A DNA stretch of 64,000 nucleotides from Vicugna vicugna (GCA_013265495.1 MU062119.1:744001-808000), one strand, 5' to 3'; positions 12,326 through 24,954 are shown, counted from the first letter of the stretch. Translations and numbers: made by a program. The notes: generated by a model not told the origin, from the letters alone.

Positions 12326-13801
12326 GGTCTCATTGTTTTAAAATATCTTTTGGTGACCCTGGCAATGGAGGAGTTTCCACTGTTCTCTCTTTATTCTGTA
12401 CAGGTGGTCTAGTCTCACTGACTAATTTTTCTCCGCTTCCCCTCCTTTTCACTAATCTCTCTTTCCTATAGCCCCAAACTCCTACTAATTTTGAATGTAG
12501 TGTACATTATTTCTCTCTTCTCATGCCTTAGCTTCTGTTTATGTATCCCCCAGAATGATATTTTCTTTTTAAGCTGCTTTAGATTTTTTTAACGAACAAA
12601 GGAAGATTCTCCCTAGGAGGAATTCTTGCTCTGCCTGTTAAAACAACATTTTTTCCCTCATGTGTCATCTGCTCCCATGACCATCTCCATCTCAGATCTC
12701 AGATCCACATGTGGCTGCTGCTTGGAGAATTACAGCAATGATGTCAGGTGGCAGGCCGAGCTTGGATGGTCTGGACTTGCTTAGGTCACAGTGTTTGCTT
12801 GGTATTCACACTGACCTGGGTGTTTAAACTAGTGTGATCTATAGTAAATAGCACATGTCCTTGAAAAAGTGTCGTGAAACCTCTACTTTGCCCCAAACTT
12901 TGGCCTCATTGTATCCATTCCAACATCGCTGTAGATCTGTATCATTTGTCCTTGTCTCCTAGTCTTGCATTCTCTGTCACCGGTTTTGAACCGGTGCATG
13001 TATTCACCTGTTCTTTCCTATATCGGGTTGCTTCTGTGTAACTGCTACTCTCTGCTCCCCTCAAGTTATTGACAGAAGACCCTCATACACCAGAACAGCA
13101 CCCCAGTTTCCCTGATCAGAGGACTCTGAGGTATGGATAATCCAGGTTTCTCCATCTACTCAGGGCCTAATAGACGGATGAGGGAAATGCCACCCACAAT
13201 CCCAGCCAACCTTGATGCTGTTGTTTCTGTTTCTTGCCAGTACTGGATCTAGAATATCTTCCCTTTTGTGTTTTGGCCAACCTTCTGGCTGGTTCTGTTC
13301 TTTATGGAGTTGCTACCTTCTTACACTTGGGTTCCTAAAATCAACCTCGGTCCTTTCCTCTTGATTCTCAGTGTTCTCCAGAACTGTGCTTCCCCTGCCA
13401 GCCCTACCTGTCCTCATGGCTTGAATATCAGGCCCTTCTACAGAGTTACCACTGCAGTTTGCTCCGTGTTCCTGCAGAAGTATGCCAGAGCTTTTCTGCT
13501 ATTGTCATGTTGGGTGATAGGACTGTAGGGGTGTGATCTGCTCTGCTCTTAGGAGCTCTTGTTGACGCTTAGTATCCAAGTGCCTCCTGGATCAGGGTCA
13601 GGGTCATTAGATATGCAAAGCCTTGGAAAGATAATGGTGTCCCTCCCTCGTATGCAAACCAAAATAAAATCAAATAAAGAAATAAAACATAAAACTGAAA
13701 GGCTATCTGAAATTAAAATCAACTCCTCTTTCATTTTTGGATTAGAACATCCTAGGTAAGTTTACCAGAGCAGAACTTTCCTTATATTGTTTCATTTTAC
13801 A

Positions 13802-13825
13802 TCATTCATTCATTCATTCATTCAT
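13802..13825. repeat. (TCAT)6, probably an antisense L2 tail
   Basis: direct reading; followed by TTATTGGG, like an L2 3' end. Confidence 0.85.
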
Positions 13826-14369
13826 CTATTTAACTATTTATTGGGTAGCCCTCCTTGAGGCATGGATTCAGTCGGCTAGCTTAGAAAACCCAGCACTGAT
13901 TAAGCCTCTTTCAGTCTTGCTCCCACCACCCCTTCTCCTTGCCCTTGCTACCTGTGCTATCTGTTATACAACAGCTTGCTACAGATTTCCTCTTTCCATG
14001 CCCTCCAGAAAGAGGATGTTTCTGCTCTGCTACTTAGAAAGGACTTCCTCTTCTGCCACGTCTCTTGGGGGGAGGAAAATCACGAGTGGCTAGTTAACTT
14101 ATACTTTCTTGAATCTGGAAATCTCAGTTTTCTTTTGCCGCCCATCCACAACCAAATTCACCTAACACCTATGTATTTCAAAATGCCTGGTGTTGGTTGG
14201 GGAGGAGAGGTCTATGGAGAGGAGGTGTTCCTGGGGTCCTTGAGTAGCCATGGATCAGCATGAGGGCAGCATGGGTCATGGGGGAGAAAGTGTCACAACG
14301 GGGATCGGTGCCTGCCAGAGGAGACAGGAGTAAACCCCGCCTCTCACCTGTGTGTGGGTCTCTACAGTT

Positions 14370-14520
14370 TACAAGGCTTTCACACCATTTTCTAACTCCA
14401 TACTCATCACAGCCAATTCTACGCTATCCTGATACTCTCCTCATTCTGCAGATGAGGAATTAAATCCCAGAGAGCTTAGGTGACTCCCCAAGTTACCCAG
14501 ATGGTAGAGAAAACTTAACC
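14370..14520 (-). mobile_element. MIR
   Basis: CATTCTGCAGATGAGGAATTAAATCCCAGAGAGCTTAGGTGACTCCCCAAG. Confidence 0.75.
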
Positions 14521-15254
14521 ACCTGAGTGGTTTTGACAAAGTCTTGTCCACATTTGAAATCCAGTTTGTCCCATTTCATTTGATAAAACGGAAAAAAAAG
14601 GACTGTTTCTCCTTAAATTTATTTAAGTTATTTCACATATTTATATTTCTTCTCTGTCTTCTTTCAGACAAGATTTAAGCAAACCCACATATATAGTCAC
14701 ACATATCCCAACTGAATGTGTGGGAACTGCATTTCTGAAAGATTTTTGAACCCAAAACCTCAAACGATTTGTTTAGTTTTTGATCAACAAACAAGAGCAC
14801 TTGTATTTCCTTCACTCAGGTTTGGGGTTGGTTTGCTTTCGCGCGGAGGTGAGTAATGTCTAGCGTGGCCTCTTCTGTTGAAACCCAAATATGCTCATGC
14901 AGTGCACTTAGACCCAGCTGGAGGAGGCCAAGACCCAGGAAGCCTGCCAGATGTTTACTCTGTCTGTTCATGGAAAGATAAGCTTTTTATTTTTGTTTGC
15001 TTATTTGTTGAGTGTGGAAGGGAAGTTTGAACAAGACCCATTCCAGGGCAACGAAGGGCAGAATGTTAAGAGGTGTTGATGAAATATGGGGCTGATCTCT
15101 ATGTGGGTGGTGGTCTTGCTGTTTGATAGCCAGGGAAATCTGAGGTCCTTGGAGGACAGAGGGGACAAGACCCTGTTCTGACTCTGTCACTTGAATAGCT
15201 GTGTGGATGTTGGGTAAGTCACAATCTTTAGGGCATATAGCTTTGCAGCTGAAA

Positions 15255-15430
15255 ACATAGGCTCTGGAATCAGTTCTAGGCCAGAATCATTGTTCTACCT
15301 TCAGCAAGTTGCATCTGATGTCTGGGCCTCAGTTTCCTCACCTACAAACTGGGATCATATCTTATTGGGCTCTTTCTTAGGAAGTAATAATATAACCTAG
15401 TTAATGCAGTTAGCACAGTGCCTGGCACTT
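15255..15430 (+). mobile_element. MIR
   Basis: GCTCTGGAATCAG...GGCCTCAGTTTCCTCACCTACAAACTGGG...TAGCACAGTGCCTGGCAC. Confidence 0.8.
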
Positions 15431-16019
15431 TCCTGAAGCTCAGATCTTTTATCTGCCGGTGACATATAGGACTCCTTCTGGCTCTAATGTTCTTGGGATC
15501 CCCGGTGCTACCAGGATTGCTCTGGGCTGCCAGCTTTCACAGCCAGCTACCCCTTTCTTGGCCTCTGGATGTTTCTCAAGGGTTTCCTTGTCTTTTCTTG
15601 TTGCCGTGACAACTCAAGCCCCGGCTTGGGAAGAGCCTCTGTCCATGTGAATAAATACGTTGATGGTACGTATGTATCTTGGACTAGGAGACTGGGAGTT
15701 GTGGCCTGTGTAACCAAGGAAGAATTTCCACTGAGTCACAAAATCAACTGCTAGTGTTTAGGCCTTGGAGGTCAGCAAATGCAAGGGTGTGTGTTTGGGG
15801 GACATCTGCCTTCTTTTGGTCCTTGTTCGTGCTCACCTCTCACTGAAAATGTCCTCCCCCCTCTCCCCTCCATGCCTCGGTCCTACTGACAGACAGTATG
15901 GAGCAGAAGAGAAAGCAGTGCTTTTCAGTCAGACACACTGGAATCCAGTCCTGTATCTGCTGGTGTCTCACAGTGGGGCCTTGGGCACGTGTTTAAATAT
16001 CTTGACCTCTCTGAGGCAA

Positions 16020-16390
16020 TATGCATGATGGTGACAGCGTGGACAATGGGACTAGAGTGTCTGGTTTCAAATCTCAATTCTACCACTCTATGACCTTGAA
16101 CATGTTACTGACCTTGCTCAGTCTCAGTTTCCCCAAACTTAGGATGGGGTAATAACAGCTCTTCTTGTGTTACTTGTTACAGGGATTAAATAAGGTATGT
16201 TAGTAACTAATAAAATTAATAATAAAATATATTAAATATATTTTAAGCATGTATACATGTATAGATATATTTATATTTATCACTTCATTATATATACGTT
16301 TATATATACATATATACACATGGCACTTAGAACAGAGCTCAGAACATAGTTAAAGCTAAGTAAAAGTCTGCTGCCACTATAATCATCATC
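16020..16390 (+). mobile_element. MIR with AT-rich expansion (about 16205-16320)
   Basis: GGTTTCAAATCTCAATTCTACCACT...TCTCAGTTTCCCC...GGGATTAAAT...[AT-rich]...GCACTTAGAACAG. Confidence 0.75.
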
Positions 16391-16495
16391 ATTAAATTCT
16401 TTACCTATAAAACAGGTGATGCTAAACCTACTTCACAGCGTTGTTTTAAGGTAAAGCAGTTCCTTTTCTTCATTTAGGCTCCCACTCCAGCTCAA

Positions 16496-16568
16496 CCTTC
16501 CCCTTCCCTTCCCCTTCCCTTCCCTTCCCTTCCCTTCCCTCCTTTCTTTTCTTCTCTCTCTCTCTTCC
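16496..16568. repeat. (CCCTT)n polypyrimidine microsatellite grading into (CT)n
   Basis: direct reading. Confidence 0.95.
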
Positions 16569-17234
16569 TATTTTCTTTTCTAACTGTAGGGTCTTTGATA
16601 TTTTTTTCCAAAAAGTTATTGTCTCAAGACATAAATACAAAGCAGAAAACAATATAATTAGGACAGTAGAATGTGGGGGAAAAAAGTCTAGAGAAATATG
16701 TACGTTTTTAGCTGGTTGAAAACAAAGCTTGTTAAGAACTACTTTCGCTACAAAGTGCTCCTTTCAAGAGTGAGAAAAAAATTAACTTAGATTTAGGCAG
16801 TTCTACTAAATGCAGAGGTGTGAAAACACCACAGAGGCGATAGTTTTGCACATACCAGTATTTGCTGATGGGAACTTCGCTAGACAAGTCTGGCTTCATT
16901 TGTTGTTAACCATGGTTTAACAAAATAGTTGCATTTCATCACACTGTCACAGCTAACATCTTGTTAGTCTCTGATCCTTCCAGCTCACGTCACTTCTCTC
17001 TTTCTATGTTTGTATCCCCAGCATGTGACATCTAATAAAAGTTAAATAAATGTTGTTTAGAAGGATAGTTAGAACCATAGTCGTGTACTCTGTTTTATAA
17101 TTCAAGGCTCAGATCAAGTCAACCTTTGCCCCTTTAGATTCTCTCAGGGCAACTCTATCCCATCTTTCTCTATGTGCCTGGTTGGGGAGAAAAGCTAGTA
17201 GGGAAACACTATTATTAATCAAGAGAGAAAACTG

Positions 17235-17610
17235 TCCACAGAAATCACCTCTCCCTTTTGGCCTGCAGCTAGATGAGATTTTCCAGTCTCCCTTGCAGTA
17301 GGTGTGACCGGGTATCTGAGTTCTCTCCAGGGGACTGTGCGCATGACGATGGCGCCGTCTCTGGACCTGGCCCACATCAACCTCCCACATTTGCTTCTCC
17401 ATGCTATTCTGTCCTCCAGCTCACTGAGATGTCGACAGCTAGGGTATCCTTGGAAGCCACAAAGTAAATATTCCAAGGCTCCATCAGTATGGAGGAGAGT
17501 GGCCCTGCCAACACACACTCAGGACTGTTAAGTGAGCAAGAAATATACTTCTGTTGTCTTAAGCCACTGAAATTTTGTCTGTTTGTTACCACAGCCTAGC
17601 CATTACAATG
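17235..17610 (+). mobile_element. old MLT1 LTR
   Basis: TTTCCAGTCTCCCTTGCAGTAGGTGTGACC ... GTGAGCAAGAAATATACTTCTGTTGTCTTAAGCCACTGAAATTTTG...TTGTTACCACAGCCTAGC. Confidence 0.85.
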
Positions 17611-18769
17611 TTGGGCACAAGAACAGATTGAATTTTTGTTCCAGAAAAATATGACCACAGATTGAACTACTGAAGTGAAGGGTAACGGAAACTAACATTC
17701 CTTTTGTGCTCACAGAGTTCCAGAACTAATACTTGGCAAGTGGCAGGTGCATTGCATAATTCCCCCCGTATAATTTGTCTTGGAAGTCCACAATGCTAGG
17801 TATTAAGATCCCTCGTTAACAGATAACAGAGAAAGGTAATGTAAATAGCACAGCAGGTATGTGAGAGAACGGAGATTCAAGGCAAGCCTAAGGAAGTCCA
17901 AAGCTCTTTTGTCCACCCCATGCTGCCCGTGGGGAGATGTCCAGTCCATTGCTCTCATCCGTAGATGTTTAATGGGGGCAAAGAAAGCATCATATAAGTT
18001 GATATATCTCAGTCTTGTTTTCAGACACTTTGCATGAACAGCTTACTTTTTTTTAACCACATAACTGAGACTGTTTCATGAGAAGTCTCCACTCCTGCAG
18101 ACTGGGGAATCATCCATCTCGCATGGCTAAGTATTAACACAGGTGACTTTGTTGAGAGCCTGGCATGTGGCCTAGTGCCAGGTCGGAGCAGCTGATCCCA
18201 GCTTCCATGGCCCTATTTACGGTTCATGGCCTTGCTGGCCTCTGTCGTGCACCTCCAGTTCATGGCTGCGTTGTCTGCATTCCTTGGTCATTCTGTATAA
18301 ACAGGACACCCTAGCCCACTTATGCAACTTTCAAGAGAGGTCTCTAAACACAGAGCTGTTTGTAAACCTTCCTTCCCCCACTGGCTTTAATGGAGTGCTG
18401 GGGTTAGGAAGCCAGTCTTCCAGCTGGGCTTCTGGACATACCCTCTGCAAAAGAAGCTGGTCTAGAGCTGGGTTTTTTAAAACTTATTGTAGCCAAAGAC
18501 ATCATTTGCTATAATAATTGATCTCAAACACCCCTGAGTTTTCTGTTCAAAACAAAACAAAACAAAAGCTAGGTCTGTGTCTGCTCTTTAGTGCCTAATA
18601 CAATGCCTGGCACAAAACTGGTGTTTACTGGATATACACGGATGGGATCAGAGTCTACAAAACTTCCTTAAGCTTGACAGTCATTCATGCTTTTCACCAA
18701 ATATTTCCAATACTTTCCTCTTCCAGGCACTTGGTAGGGTGGCACTGCCAAGTCCCCTCATGGCTGTGC

Positions 18770-19057
18770 TAGGCCACCAGACGTGTTCTGGTCAGTGAGC
18801 TGAGAGAAGGGGGCTAAACATTTCATCTCCAGTGCAAGGTCTTCAAGCGTTCTCATTTCCATCCACAGGAAGAAGGCGATGTTCTAGACGGCAGCTGCTT
18901 GATCAGCCTGGGTCCTAGAGGGAGGGCCGCGATGCAGCGATTAGCCGACTCAGCAGACACGCAGCAGCAGCAGAGGCACACCTTTGCTATCCTAAACCTC
19001 TGTGATGTTGAAGTTGTTTGTTATCATTGTGTCATCTAACCTGTCCCGACTGATTCA
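18770..19057 (+). mobile_element. old MLT1 LTR 3' part
   Basis: 3' end CCTTTGCTATCCTAAACCTCTGTGATGTTGAAGTTGTTTGTTATC...CTAACCTGTCCCGACTGATTCA; 5' limit uncertain. Confidence 0.65.
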
Positions 19058-19106
19058 GCAATGACCACAAAAGGATAATATCGTTTCAATTAAGAGTGTA
19101 ATTTCT

Positions 19107-19245
19107 TTCTTTAAAGATATTTGGCGGGGGGAGGTAATTAGGTGTATATATGTACATATGTATTTTGATGGAGGTACTGGGGATTGAACCCAGGACCTCG
19201 TGCATGCTAAGCACATGCTCTACCACTGAGCTATACCCTCCCCCC
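19107..19245 (-). mobile_element. Vic-1-type tRNA-Ala-derived SINE, long-tail form
   Basis: Minus-strand head GAGGGTATAGCTCAGTGGTAGAGCATGTGCTTAGCATGCACGAGGTCCTGGGTTCAATCCCCAGTACCTCCA with A and B boxes; tail containing CCTAATTACCTCCCCC; 15-bp TSD AAGAGTGTAATTTCT (19092-19106) / AAGAATATAATTTCT (19246-19260). Confidence 0.93.
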
Positions 19246-20442
19246 AAGAATATAATTTCTGGTAGGCTTTGAAAACTCTTGTGTATAACCTGGACGCTTG
19301 CTGCTACTTCAGCTCTTGTTCCTGTCCAGCGTGCCCAGTTCTGTATCACTGGCCTAATGTATCGTGGAGGCCCTTCCAGCCTGGCACTCTGGAAAGAGCC
19401 TGCTCTTTGGAAGCAGACGGTACATTCTTCGGCATCCCTGAACCTCACAGAGCTGTTGTGAAACCCAGTTCACTCTTCTGCGTGCTGCCATTCAAGCAGC
19501 TTATGGCCAGTGTGGAGCTGGCTCCGTGAGTGCGTTGGGTGCCTTCCAGCTTTGAGTGTGGTGATGTGTTTTGGTCTGTTGCGAACAGTCCCAGTTTCTC
19601 TACTGGGTCGTATTGTAATCATTCGTACTGTCCCCTTTCACTCTCGGATAGCCCTGTGTTGAGACCATTGACTGCATGGTCCCGGTAGCTCTCAGCATTC
19701 GTGGTTCTGTGGTCTCACTTGCAGCAAGCACCAGGCTCCGCGCAGCCGCCATCTTCCGTGGAGGGCCCCTTGGTCACTCAGTTACTGTTCTCTCTTGCAA
19801 GGTGTTCCAGACAGTCCTGCTTTAGTCTGCAGCTGTCACATTAATGTGATTGGGGACCTCCATCTCTGTCAGAGGCATAGAAGCAAAGGGCTGGAGAGGA
19901 ACCAAGGATCACACAGTCCAACACCTCAGTTTTCCCTGGAGAAGTAGGACACAGGAGGGAGGTCTCCCAATGATTGGCAGAAGGCCAGCATTCATGTCTC
20001 CCCATGTCATACTCTTTATATGGTGTCCTGGTAGGTGGGTGCCCTGGGATGAGATTAGAGTTCAAGGCCCAGCTCTGCTGCATGCTAGGTATACTTCGTA
20101 CCTGCCATGTATGGGTAACAGTATCCCCACCTCATGAGTTAAAGCGGTCAGAGTGCTCAGAGCATGTGTGGGCACAGTGAGTGCCTTGCCCCTGCTGTCA
20201 CCATCAATCTGCCTCATGGTTCCAGCCATGGGCTGCGTTGTTCTGCTAGACACTGGGCTACACAAGTGCTGGAGCTGTCTTTGTCCTCATGGAGTTTATC
20301 CCCAGCACTCTGGATCTCTCTGCGAACGCTTTATAACCAGTTCATTGTAAAAAGCGGGGCAGCAGGTGGCTGGGGAGAATCTGGCTATTCCCTCCCATAA
20401 TGTGCTGTGCAAGCCTAAAAGTTAACAATAAGATGATGATTT

Positions 20443-20683
20443 GGGGCACAGACTTCTACATCCAGACTGCCTGGGTTCAGATCCTCGCTCTGCCACTTGT
20501 TAATCATGTGACTTCAGTAAGTTCCTTCGTTTCTCTGTGCTCCAGTCTTCTCATCTGCGAGAGGCGGTGGTTATAATGGGGGTGGTTGCAATACCACTTA
20601 CCACATCGGGTGGTTGTGATGGCCGATGGTCTAATTAAGTACTTAGAGCAGTGTCTAGCACATAGTAAATGCTGCGTAATGCC
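20443..20683 (+). mobile_element. MIR, near full length
   Basis: CAGACTGCCTGGGTTCAGATCCTCGCTCTGCCACTTG...GTACTTAGAGCAGTGTCTAGCACATAGTAAATGCT. Confidence 0.88.
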
Positions 20684-20839
20684 AGATTTAAAAAAAATTA
20701 TTACATGTGCTAAATTATTTTCCTCTAATATTTTTCTCTGCTTTCTTTACCCAGGGAAACTCTAAACAGTATTTCACTCTACCATGTGCTTTTTAAATTT
20801 TTTTTACACAAACAGCATTATAAAGTAATACAAATAACG

Positions 20840-22270
20840 GGGAATAATTTTCAACCTTATTACTCTATTAGATTTACAGAAGCATTGCAAGAATAGTGCA
20901 AAGAATACCTGTGTTTTAATTTGGGTCGTTATAACAAAGTGCCATAGATTGAGGGCGTTATAAACAACATGAATCTGTTTCGCACGTCTCTGAGGACTAG
21001 GAAGTCTGAGATCACAGAGCCAGCATGGCTGGGTTCTGGTGAGGGCCCTCTTCCAGGCTGCAGTCTGCCCATTGCTCCCTGTATCCTCACGTGGCTAAAG
21101 GAGAGAGAAAAAGCAAGCTATTTCATGACTTTTCTAAGGGGGCTAATCCTAGTCATGAGAGTTCCAGCCTCATGATTCCACCTATTAATCCTAATCATCT
21201 CTCCAAGACCCCACCTCCTAATACCATCACATTGGAGGGTAGGGTTTCAATACATGAATTTTGGAAGGCACACAAACATTCAGTCCATAACATCCTTTAT
21301 ACTTTTCTCCAGGTTCCCCAAATGTTAATATCTTATTACATGAAAAAAAATCTTTTATCTTTTCTCTCCAGTGTTTTCTAAAACATTTGAGAATAAATTG
21401 CAAGACAATATTTCTTTATCCCTAAATGCTTCAGTGTGTTTTTGCTAAAAACAAGGATATTCTTTCAAACCGTATTCTCTTTCAAACCTTAGCATAATTA
21501 GCAAAATCAGGAAATTACACTAAGACAATACTATTATCTAATCTATAGACCTTATTCAAAATTTACCAGTGTTCTGATAACATCCTTTATAACATAAGAA
21601 AATCATGGCTCATGCATTCCATTTAATTGCACGCTTCTTCAGTCTTAGTTAATCTGGAGTAATTTTACTCAGTTTCTCGAGGTCTTTCATGGCATTGACA
21701 TTTTTTGAAATGCGCAGGTCATTTACTTTGTGGAATGTTCCTCAGTTTGGTTATCTGATGTTCCCTCATGGTTAGAGTCAGATTACACACTTTTGGCAAA
21801 AGTATCGCCGCATGATGTTATGCTCTGCTCAGTCTTTTATGTTAGGAGATACGTGGTGTCAAATTATCCCATTGCTGATGATGGTAACTTTGACTTCTTG
21901 GTCTAAGGTGTTGTCTGCCAGTTTTCTCTACTGTGAAGTTTCTGTTTTCCTCTTTGTAAGGAAGTAATTTTGGAGAGATACTTTGGAAGTATGCAAACAT
22001 CCTGTTACTCCTCCTATTGTCACCCACGGGCTTCAGCACTCATTGATAATTCCTGCCTGAATCAACCATTATTGTTATGGTTGCCAAGTGGTGATCTTCT
22101 AAATCCAATATTTTGTCTACTTTCCTTAGCTGGCTTTCTACTGTAAGGAAGATATTTCCCTTCTCCAGCATTTGCTTAGAATCATATGGACTCATGTGTA
22201 TTCTTTTTCAATTCAGTGAAATTTAATCTTTACTGTGTTTATTTGCACTGATTTTCATATTGCGCTATTG
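20840..22270 (-). mobile_element. L1MC4/5-like 3' fragment, interrupted by MLT1A at 20910-21292
   Basis: GCAAGAATAGTGCAAAGAATACC... resumes after the LTR as ...CCAGGTTCCCCAAATGTTAATATC; diagnostic GGCATTGACATTTTTTGAA, TTTGTGGAATGTTCCTCAGTTTGG, GATACTTTGGAAGTATGCAAACATCCTGTT. Confidence 0.85.
20910..21292 (-). mobile_element. MLT1A-like MaLR solo LTR
   Basis: TTTGGGTCGTTATAACAAAGTGCCATAGA ... GGAAGTCTGAGATCA ... CCCCACCTCCTAATACCATCACATTGG ... ACATTCAGTCCATAACA. Confidence 0.9.
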
Positions 22271-22422
22271 GCCACCTCTATTCATTTTCTAATTCTTTTT
22301 CAAAACCCACTTCTTTCAGAAGCCCGATCCGGTCCACTCAGGCTGGGCGAGTAGCTGACTCCTTTGTGTGCCTCTCGATTATGCATTTTCCTTTCCTTAC
22401 ACATGATACTTGTTGGGTACTT

Positions 22423-22580
22423 GTTTTTTTGTTTGTTTGTTTGTTTCTTTGTTTGTTTTTGGGGAGGGGAGGTAATTAGATTTATTTATTTATTTTTTTA
22501 AATGGAGGTACTGGGGATTGAACCTAGGACCTCGTGCATGCTAGGTACGCACTCTACCACTGAGCTATATATACCCTCCC
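22423..22580 (-). mobile_element. Vic-1-type SINE, long-tail form with (CAAA)n tail
   Basis: Plus strand GGAGGTACTGGGGATTGAACCTAGGACCTCGTGCATGCTAGG...CTACCACTGAGCTATATATACCCTCCC, preceded by GGGGAGGTAATTAGATTTATTT and (TTTG)n. Confidence 0.92.
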
Positions 22581-23074
22581 ACTATTTTCACATTACATTG
22601 TGAGCTCCTCAGTATAAGGAAAACATCTCTATATCTTCTATGTTTAGTGCAGTGACTGGTGCAAGGGGGAAACTCAGTTCATCCTTATTAAAAGCATGAA
22701 AGAATGGAAGGAGAAAGAAAAACAGTGCTTAAATTTCTACCAATCTGTGCCTCAATACTTTTTTTGGTAGGGGGGCCACTAGCTCCAACCAGCAGAAAAG
22801 GAAATTATCTATTAACATTCATAGAGCGCTACTGTGGGTCTTGCAATAGCAAGGCCAAATCAACACGGATTACATTGTTGACACGTAGGAACTTAACAAA
22901 AATGTTTCCCCCCGATTGCGGGGGCTGCTTGCCAACTCTGATCTCATATCCTTACTCTCTCTTTACCATTAGCCTGATATGGTGCTATTTTTTCTATTGG
23001 TTCTTCATTCGTTAAGAACCTCTCTGCCCAAAGATGAAATAAAGGGATGTTATCTACACTTCCATTGGAGGGGG

Positions 23075-23210
23075 TGAATCTAGTGGAAAGAGCCTGGCTC
23101 TTGATCAAGGGACCTGGGTTAGTGTCCTGTCTGTGCAGCTAGACATGCTGAATTTGGGTGGCTTATTACCCTCACTGGGTCTTTGCTTCCTTCACTCCGA
23201 AACAGAGATC
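23075..23210 (+). mobile_element. MIR
   Basis: GTGGAAAGAGCCTGGCTCTTGATCAAGGGACCTGGGTT. Confidence 0.65.
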
Positions 23211-24954
23211 CTAACACCTGTGATGCAAAGACATCTTGGGCTCCAAGTGAGGAAACCTGCTGAAATCCCTCTGAGACTCTGGAGTTTCTGAATCTTTACT
23301 TGATGGTCCACTTGTCTGAGATGACCTTCCTGGTTTATGCTGCCTCTTTATTGGCAAATCCCTCCTTATGTATATCCCTCCCTCTGGAGTCTCAGAACTC
23401 CACTTATGTTTCACCTCCTTGTATGCAGCCTCCTTGGATGACATACTGTACCCCTCAGATCTCTTGTTTTATCTGAATACAACAGAAAAATGTGCACTGG
23501 GGTATATACTTTCTGTTCACAAGCTATGCGCCGAGTGGCTCCCCTGAAAGGCACCTGGATGCTCATCTTGTGTCTCTTCGTGGTCCTGGCATTTGTTTCT
23601 TTGCATAGTAATGATCCCCCAGATAAACGTTTGTCTCTCAGACTGTGAAAGCATCCTTTGGCTCTTCCAGGTTCCCCCTTTCAGGATAAGCCACACTCCA
23701 AATCCTCATCCTTGGGCTTAGCCCCTGTATGAGACACACATTCCTGACTCACCCTAACCCTATGGATTTCCCCTAAATTTGGGAAGAAGAGAACTGTTGG
23801 AGATGGGAAGGTAGACTGCTCAGGCTAGACTGTGTGTCTTAAAATAAAAAGGTAGCAAATGTGTTGATCAGGAATTTTAAAAAGGAGCCAAATGGGGCAC
23901 ATTAAATTGTTTCCTTTGGTTGCCCATTACCAGTAAGGACATTTTCATCCTCTATACCCCACTTTTGTAGATTCATTGGTAGGAGTTTCATGGGATGCTA
24001 TCTGTAGTGAGGAGTGTGCATGGAGTCATCGATTTACCATGTCTGCCAAGGACACAGTAAAGGGGATGCAGCAGAACATGAACTAGCCACATTTGCATCA
24101 TCCCTGAACTAGTCTCTTCTACAACCGGTGACTCTTACTACCATCCTTGGGCTAGACGTTCTTTCTGGTCCTCGACAGTCTTACATGCTCAGCGTCTGGT
24201 CCCTCCCATTCAGAAGGAAGCACGGGTAAGATGCTTGCCAGAGGTGGGGTAGAGGGGGATGATGGATGATATTTCTGCCACTGTGTCACTCCTGAATTTT
24301 CATCACTGCATTCCTGATTTGACAGGTGATTTAGCGGCTCAGGCTGGGGAAGGACTGATGGATGAATCAGTCCTCTGTGCATGGCCGTTGGGCAGGAAAT
24401 TAATAAGAATGCTAGTTGACATGATCTATGGTACTGTAAGCTCATTATGCCTGATTAGCTTCCAGCCTTTCACTCCCTCTGACAGCTCCAGGGCCTCGAG
24501 GTTTCCAATGGCAACTGTTTCCCTCTCTCTAACTGATTGCTAGGTCTCAGACCATGAAACCAGAACCTCCCACCAACTTGTCAGAGCTGGGACCTTTCTG
24601 CATTGTGTTACCTTCTCCTTCTTGGCAGTGGGAAGGTGAGCTCCTGGGTTGTCTAAGTGGTGCTGACAGTGAGGCACTTTGAACTCAGGAAACAAAATTT
24701 GAAGGGGTCAATTCAGTTCAGTTGATCAAGTTCTTATCAAACTACTTACTATGTGCTGACATCTGTGTTCAGTACAGAGGTGGCAATAGAGGTAGATCAC
24801 CCTAGTGATAGGGTCTGAAGCAGAAAATGGGGGAGAAGTGCTTTAATTTATATCACAAATATTCATGAAGTACACCATGTAGGCATTAGGAACAAAGGAG
24901 TATGAGAGAAGAAGATAAAAGAAAATAGATGAGAGTGCTATGAATCAATTCAAT

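Noticed and set aside
12978-12996. Hairpin CACCGGTT TTG AACCGGTG
   Set aside because: An 8-bp stem alone is too short for a miRNA precursor and is expected by chance in 64 kb
19380-19640. Short matches to MRPL33 (YDPV.K..LF) and RBX1 (EECTV)
   Set aside because: Too short and in different frames; expected by chance
24258-24295. C/D-box-like ATGATG...CTGA
   Set aside because: Imperfect C box, too short, no terminal stem
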